Shown piece after piece: positions 1 to 43,076 of a DNA stretch of 43,076 nt. How positions within the stretch are numbered: the stretch's first letter is position 1; the number at the start of each line of letters is the position of its first letter. The position numbers were made by a program, and so were the translations under genes. The DNA lies in contig NC_057728.1 of assembly GCF_004010195.1 (NCBI RefSeq), positions 48,668,652-48,711,727 on the forward strand, given 5' to 3'. The notes under the pieces are model-generated. The model did not search any database. It saw only the letters and a list, made by a program, of their open reading frames with translations, and was not told where the DNA came from. Source of the stretch: Chiloscyllium plagiosum. Taxonomy: Eukaryota.

Positions 1-1105
1 TGGCCAGAAGCTTGTCTTATGCGCTAATTCTGCTGCCCTTCTCACTTCCTGAACTTTCTGTTCCTCCATGTGAATCCTTACCATCTCTGTAAGTGAGTTT
101 TTAAACTCCTCCAGCAGAATAATCTCTCTTAAAGCCTCAAAGGTCCTATCTATTTTCAAAGCACACACCCATTGATCAAAATTATTATGTTTAATTCTTT
201 TAAACTCAACATAAATCTGACCTGGTTCCTTCTTTGTGTTTCTGGTACCAATTCATAAGCACTTAAAATAGCCTGTTTAACCTCTTCATAATCTATTGAC
301 CCGTTATCTCATTAGCTCTGCCTACCACTTTAGTCTGAACTAGCATTATCCATAAATCCTCGACTACTTCATCTGTCTAGTCAATTTTTCAAATGAAATA
401 AAGGTTTCAACATCTTTCTCATCAAAATGTGGCAAAGTTTTGACATATTTATATATATTTCTACCTTCTCTTTTAAGCTCCATCCTGTTAACTTGACTTT
501 GCTGACTAAGCCGCAACTGCACAAGTTCAAATTCTCTCTCTTTCGTTTTGCTTAGCTAAGAACCTTTTCTCTCTTTCTCTCTCCCTTTGCTCAGCCAAGA
601 ACCTTCTCTCTCTCGCTTTTTCCTCTCTCTCCTCTCTCTCCTCTCTTTATCTTCTAACTCCAATTTCCTCAATTGTAATTTAAGTTTTTTCTTACCTCTA
701 CCTTATTTGTCTGTTTCTCTGACATATCTAAGTGTTTGAGTAATTTCATTACAATTTCAGCTTTACTTTTGTCCTTGGTAAAACCCAAATCTAACTTATT
801 TGCTCATTCTGAAAGTATGGCATTTTTCTTCCCTTCTAAACTTTCTTGGCAAATTTGAGAATCATCTTCAAATCCCAGAACCTCCTTTAGCAATTTTAAG
901 AGCCATTTCTCTTACTTTTAATTCAATCAACCACAAATCACCGAAATTAAACAAATTGTCTCACCTACGTTTTATTTAAAGATCTGGGACACTAACCTGC
1001 AAGTGTTTAAATCAGCTGGGATTTTCCATACCTCCAAAACTATTCAAATCTGTCTGCACCAGTTCAAATCCCGAACAGGAGCCCCCAAACTGTTAGGACA
1101 CAGCT
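1..1105 (-). mobile_element. Degenerate Gypsy-type LTR retrotransposon 5' part: SCAN-like gag, PBS and LTR stub
   Basis: Minus-strand peptides LPHFDEKDVETF, DYEEVKQAILSAYELVPE and FDQWVCALKIDRTFEALREIILLEEFKNSLTEMVRIHMEEQKVQEVRRAAELA, with frameshifts; likely ATG near 907; an LTR-like end TAACA at 1091-1095 precedes the PBS. Confidence 0.8.
1062..1087 (-). promoter_or_regulatory. tRNA-Pro primer-binding site
   Basis: Minus strand reads TGGGGGCTCCTGTTCGGGATTTGAAC, against the tRNA-Pro 3' complement TGGGGGCTCGTCCGGGATTTGAAC; it starts 3 nt after ...TAACA. Confidence 0.75.
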
Positions 1106-1258
1106 ACACTAACTGCTGCACCACATGCTACATTGTATCTTGTTGAGAACACTTAGTGCTGTCAGGTAGTTCTGTTAGCTTTTAACTTTCTTAAAGGTAC
1201 AGTATACCCACATTTTCATAACAATCTTAATGCTGAGTAACTCTTCATGGCATAAAGG

Positions 1259-1388
1259 TTCCTGATGAAGGGCTTATGCCCAAAACATCGATTCTCCTGC
1301 TCCTTGGATGCTGCCTGACCTGCTGTGTTTTTCCAGCACCACACTCCCAACTCTGATCTCCAGCATATGAAGTCCTCTATTTCTCCTG
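1259..1388 (+). mobile_element. Short Penelope-derived element, single unit with a decayed hammerhead motif
   Basis: CTGATGAAGGGCTTATGCCCAAAACATC followed by the family body; CATAAAG on both sides (1251-1257, 1390-1396). Confidence 0.8.
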
Positions 1389-2093
1389 ACATAAAGTTTA
1401 TATAATACAGGTGACCAAAATAATGGACATTTTTCTTTAATGAAGGATAGGCAAGGGCCACAAAGCTGTGGTAAAACAGAAGGCATATTGTTTTGGGAAT
1501 GGCTATTCCCTTTTCCTATTAATTAAATAATGCACAAGAAGATTTCACAAAGAGATCCATCCTAACATTGATCAGCCCAGCATATTTGCTTGCAGCTTTT
1601 TCTAAGTTGCAATTCTCTAACCTATACATGCACAGAACACTGCAGTTTTGACGTGCAAATATTTGATCATGCAAAAATGCAGTTAAAATTACAGCAAATC
1701 CTTTTAACTGAAAAATTGCCTTCCAACACGAACCTGTACTGCGTTATTAATAATGTTGCCATGGCTAATATTTCAAATTATTAATTAATTGTAGCATTAT
1801 CAAATGTACAAAATAAAAATTCATGTGTCACCTTGCAACAATGTCACATAGTATTCCAAAACAGAAAAATCACATCAGCATGCTTAAAAAACTTTTAAAT
1901 ATTCTTAAACAAAATCCATTAGAAAATATAAGAAACTTCATTAAATAATTCATTTCAAACAACAGGCTTGAATTAAGTTTAATCCATGGGAAACAATAGA
2001 AGGTATGATTACAAATAAATATTGGTACTTATAGGCTAATTAGGGTTTGATTTAGAAAGAATATAAAATACAAATCTTTATAATAGTACTTAC

Positions 2094-39906
<37,813 letters not shown>

Positions 39907-40239
39907 CTATTATTGACAGAAAATAAATATAAATATTCAAACTTTTACTTCACGTGATTGACTAGATTAATTATCTACAGAAGATATATCAGTTAATTAT
40001 GCATTCATTCTGCAGCAGTCCACTGTGTCATCAATATTTTAATTATCACTGCAAACCACATAGAGGCAACAAAGACATTGTGCTAATGACACGGCAATAT
40101 CAAGAAAGGGCCTTGGCTGAGAGGATCAGGATTGTAGAATCCATATGGGTGAGTCCAGGTGGATCCATTATGGATTCTATGAAAAGTAGAATCCATTATG
40201 AAAATCAAAAAAGTCAGAAAATGCTGTGAATGTAGTTTA

Positions 40240-41170
40240 CAAGTCCGTAACTGTAACTAAACCTCTGGACAAATAAAGCAAGAAATATTTGGAGCTTATA
40301 GCAAAGAGTGTATGGACCATGTCTTTTTACTTTTCTGTCTCTTAAAAACTATGGACTGCAATGAGAAAAAAAAACTGCTTTCAAAACAGGATTTACCAGG
40401 ATGGCTGCATAATTTCACAGCAAGGAATTTGATACCTGTTGTTAACTCTGTTGGTTTGGCTCCTGCAAAGAGTAAGATGATCAGGAAACAAGGCATTGTT
40501 TATAAATAAAGCTGATTGGTTCACAGCTAAGTAGGCTGGAACTGGAAACAACTTACAGACACAGAGGCACAGTGAAAGGCAAGAAACGTACACAGTTGTT
40601 CTCCCCAACAGGAGCTGCCTGTTCTCTACAGCCAAAAACTCAGTTTAAACCTGAGGAAAACCAGTTACTAATCCTACAACAATTGCGACAAACTGTGATT
40701 TTTGAATTGATAAATCAGAGACAATTTCTGAGTGAGTTAGCCACTCTGTATTTCTTACAAACCAGTGAAACCATTCAGAAAAGAACAAGTCTGGCCAGCC
40801 AAAGAATGATCATCCCATCATTGAAGCCAGGAATCAAAGACTGTTGAACCAACTTTACATAATTTTTCTATTTCCACCGATAATTTATTTTCACTATTGT
40901 CTGAATGACTCAGAGGGATTTATAAGGGGATTAGAGTTTTAATTAGTAGTGTTTTATGCCCATGGTTTACATTTGTTTAGCTGTAGCTATAGTCTAATTA
41001 ATTGTAATGAATATAATTCTTGTTCCAAAGAAAACCTGGTCTGTGGTTTCAATGAGCTTTGGTCAAAAAGTCAGGTAAATTGGGATACCATGCACACTTT
41101 AACATTTGGCACAGCTGCAGTATTAGTATGGCCCAGTTTATGGTGCACTACTCCACTGGGTTGTAGTATC
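40240..41170 (+). mobile_element. Possible solo LTR
   Basis: Organisation resembles 24812-25675; boundaries and TSD not verified. Confidence 0.3.
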
Positions 41171-41639
41171 AAAATTGCATGTAAAACAAGTTTGAGGAAT
41201 GCATGATGTGCTGCCTATCATCATATACAAACTGCACAGTGATGGAGTGAAACTTCTTCTGGTTCACGTTATACAACAGACTTGACATGAGATACAAAGT
41301 ACATGCAGTCAACAGCACTCTGTACTTTGGGAAGCCTGCAATTCTTGCAACTCTTGTGCGCACTCCACTCAGGCAAGAATAAAATGACATTATCTCTATT
41401 TGAATAGACGTCTCAGTGGCTACACAACACACTGTAAACCAAGAGATGCTGCTTGTCTGCCCAACCTGCAAGAAGTGAGGCATTTAGAAGTTTACAGTCA
41501 CTAGCAATGCAGTCCTTGAGCAGCTGAGTTTAGAGTTGTAGATGCAGAAAATACCAATTCCAGTGACAATCTTCTCATGAAGAGCAGACATCTCAAACAT
41601 CAGTTGTCAATTAGGTACAGACAGGAAAATCTAAACACC

Positions 41640-43076
41640 ATGGGGGAACCTTGTCGAACGCCTTACTGAAGTCCATATAGATCACATCTGCTGCTCTGCC
41701 CTCATCAATCTTCTTTGTTACTTCTTCAAAAAACTCAATCAAGTTTGAGAGACATGATTTCCCATGCACAAAGCCATGTTGACTATCCCTAATCAGTCCT
41801 TGCCTTTCCAAATACATGTACATCCTGTCCCTCAGGATTACTTCCAACAACTTGCCCACCGCCGAGGTCAGACTCACCGGTCTATAGTTCCCTGGCTTGT
41901 CTTTACCGCCTTTCTTAAACAGTGGCACCATGTTTGCCAACCTCCAGTCTTCCGGCACCTCACCTATGACTATCGATGATACAAATATCTCAGCAAGAGG
42001 CCCAGCAATCGCTTCTCTAGCTTCTCACAGAGTTCTCGGATACACCTGATCAGGTCCTGGGGATTTATCCACCTTTAACCGTTTCAAAACATCCAGCACT
42101 TCCTCCTCTGTAATCTGGACATTTTGGAAAATGTCACCATCTATTTCCCTACAATTTATATCTTCCATATCCTTTTCCACAGTAAATACTGATGCAAATT
42201 ATTCATTTAATATCTCCCCCATTTCCTGTGGCTCCACACAAAGTCCACCTTGCTGATCTTTGAGGGTCCCTATTCTCTCCCCAGTTACCCTTTTGTCCTT
42301 AATATATTTGTAAAACCCCTTTGGATTCTCCTTAATTCTATTTGCCAAAGCAATCTCATGTCTCCGTTTTGCCCTCCTGATTTCCCTCTTAAGTATACTC
42401 CTACTTTCTTTATACTCTAAGGATTCACTCGATCTAGCCTGTCTGTAACTGATATATGCTTCTTTCTTTTTCTTCACTAAACCCTCAATTTCTTTAGTCA
42501 TCCAGCATTCCCTATGGTTACCAGCCGTCCCTTTCACCCTGACAGGAATATACTTTCTCTGGATTCTTGCTATCTCATTTCAGAAGTCTTCCCATTTTCC
42601 AGCCATCCCATTTCCTGCGAACATCTGCCTCTAATCAGCTTTTGACAGTTCTTGCCTAATACCGTCAAAATTGGCCTTTCTCCAATTTAGAACTTCAACT
42701 TTTAGATCTGGTCTATTCTTTTCCATCACTATTTTAAAATGAATAGAATTATGGTCGCTGGCCCCAAAGTGCTCTCCCACTGACACCTCAGTCACCTGTC
42801 CTACCTTATTTCCCAAGAGTAGGTTAAGTTTTGCACCTTCTCTAGTAGGTACATCCACATACTGAATCAGAAAATTGTCTTGTACACACTTAAGAAATTC
42901 CTCTCCATCTAAACCTTTAACGCTATGGTAGTCCCAATTGATGTTTGGAAAGTTAAAATCCCCTACCATAACCATCCTATTATTCTTACAGATGGCTGAG
43001 ATCTCCTTACAAGTTTGTTTCTCAATTTCCCTCTGACTATTGGGGGGTCTATAATACAATCCCAATAAGGTGATCA
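41640..43076 (-). mobile_element. Relatively young CR1 LINE ORF2 (AP endonuclease to RT N-terminus), frameshifted and 3'-truncated
   Basis: GLYYRPP, VMVGDFNFPNINW, FGASDHNSI, PEDWRLANMVPLFKKG, NYRPVSLTS, SQHGF, YMDFSKAFDKVP. Confidence 0.95.

Noticed and set aside
530..660. CT-rich low-complexity tract
   Set aside because: It is the antisense of the Glu/Arg-rich coiled coil of the Gypsy gag, not an independent feature.
1100..2090. Search for the next MYRFL exon (expected TTEPL..FQC-like) and the stop codon
   Set aside because: No matching exon seen; it is presumed to lie beyond position 1, past the Gypsy insertion.
40137..40200. 10-bp inverted repeat AGAATCCATA/TATGGATTCT with recurring ATCCAT(T)ATG
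   Set aside because: Short and AT-rich, with no further support for a structured RNA.
39910..41620. Search for the upstream MYRFL exon with a KKRK-type NLS; ORFs at 40296-41483
   Set aside because: No family similarity or convincing splice sites; the region looks like LTR-derived or intronic sequence.

Overview
This is vertebrate genomic DNA. The repeat content (HE1-type V-SINEs, HER1/CR1 LINEs, Penelope-derived short elements) points to an elasmobranch, probably a shark; this is inference. The window lies inside one large minus-strand gene, most likely MYRFL (myelin regulatory factor-like). I reconstructed 17 consecutive GT-AG coding exons from 39906 down to 2094 (1891 nt, all phases compatible, no stops). 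They encode the NDT80/PhoG DNA-binding domain, the ICA/peptidase S74 self-cleaving chaperone domain with an intact HP-S-DRRA-K motif, a transmembrane segment and part of the ER-lumenal domain. The first and last exons lie outside the window. The introns are mostly transposon debris: a Gypsy gag with a tRNA-Pro PBS, CR1, Rex1/Babar, SINEs, LTR-like pieces, a Harbinger remnant and a 35-bp minisatellite. The most interesting non-genic signal is a family of about 130-420 bp non-autonomous Penelope-derived elements. They carry minimal hammerhead ribozyme motifs (CUGAWGA-A-GGGC-loop-GCCC-GAAACGUC) in inverted and tandem arrangements, most with 7-16 bp target-site duplications, and two copies are physically linked to GIY-YIG coding remnants. 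All family assignments come from recalled motifs, not database searches.
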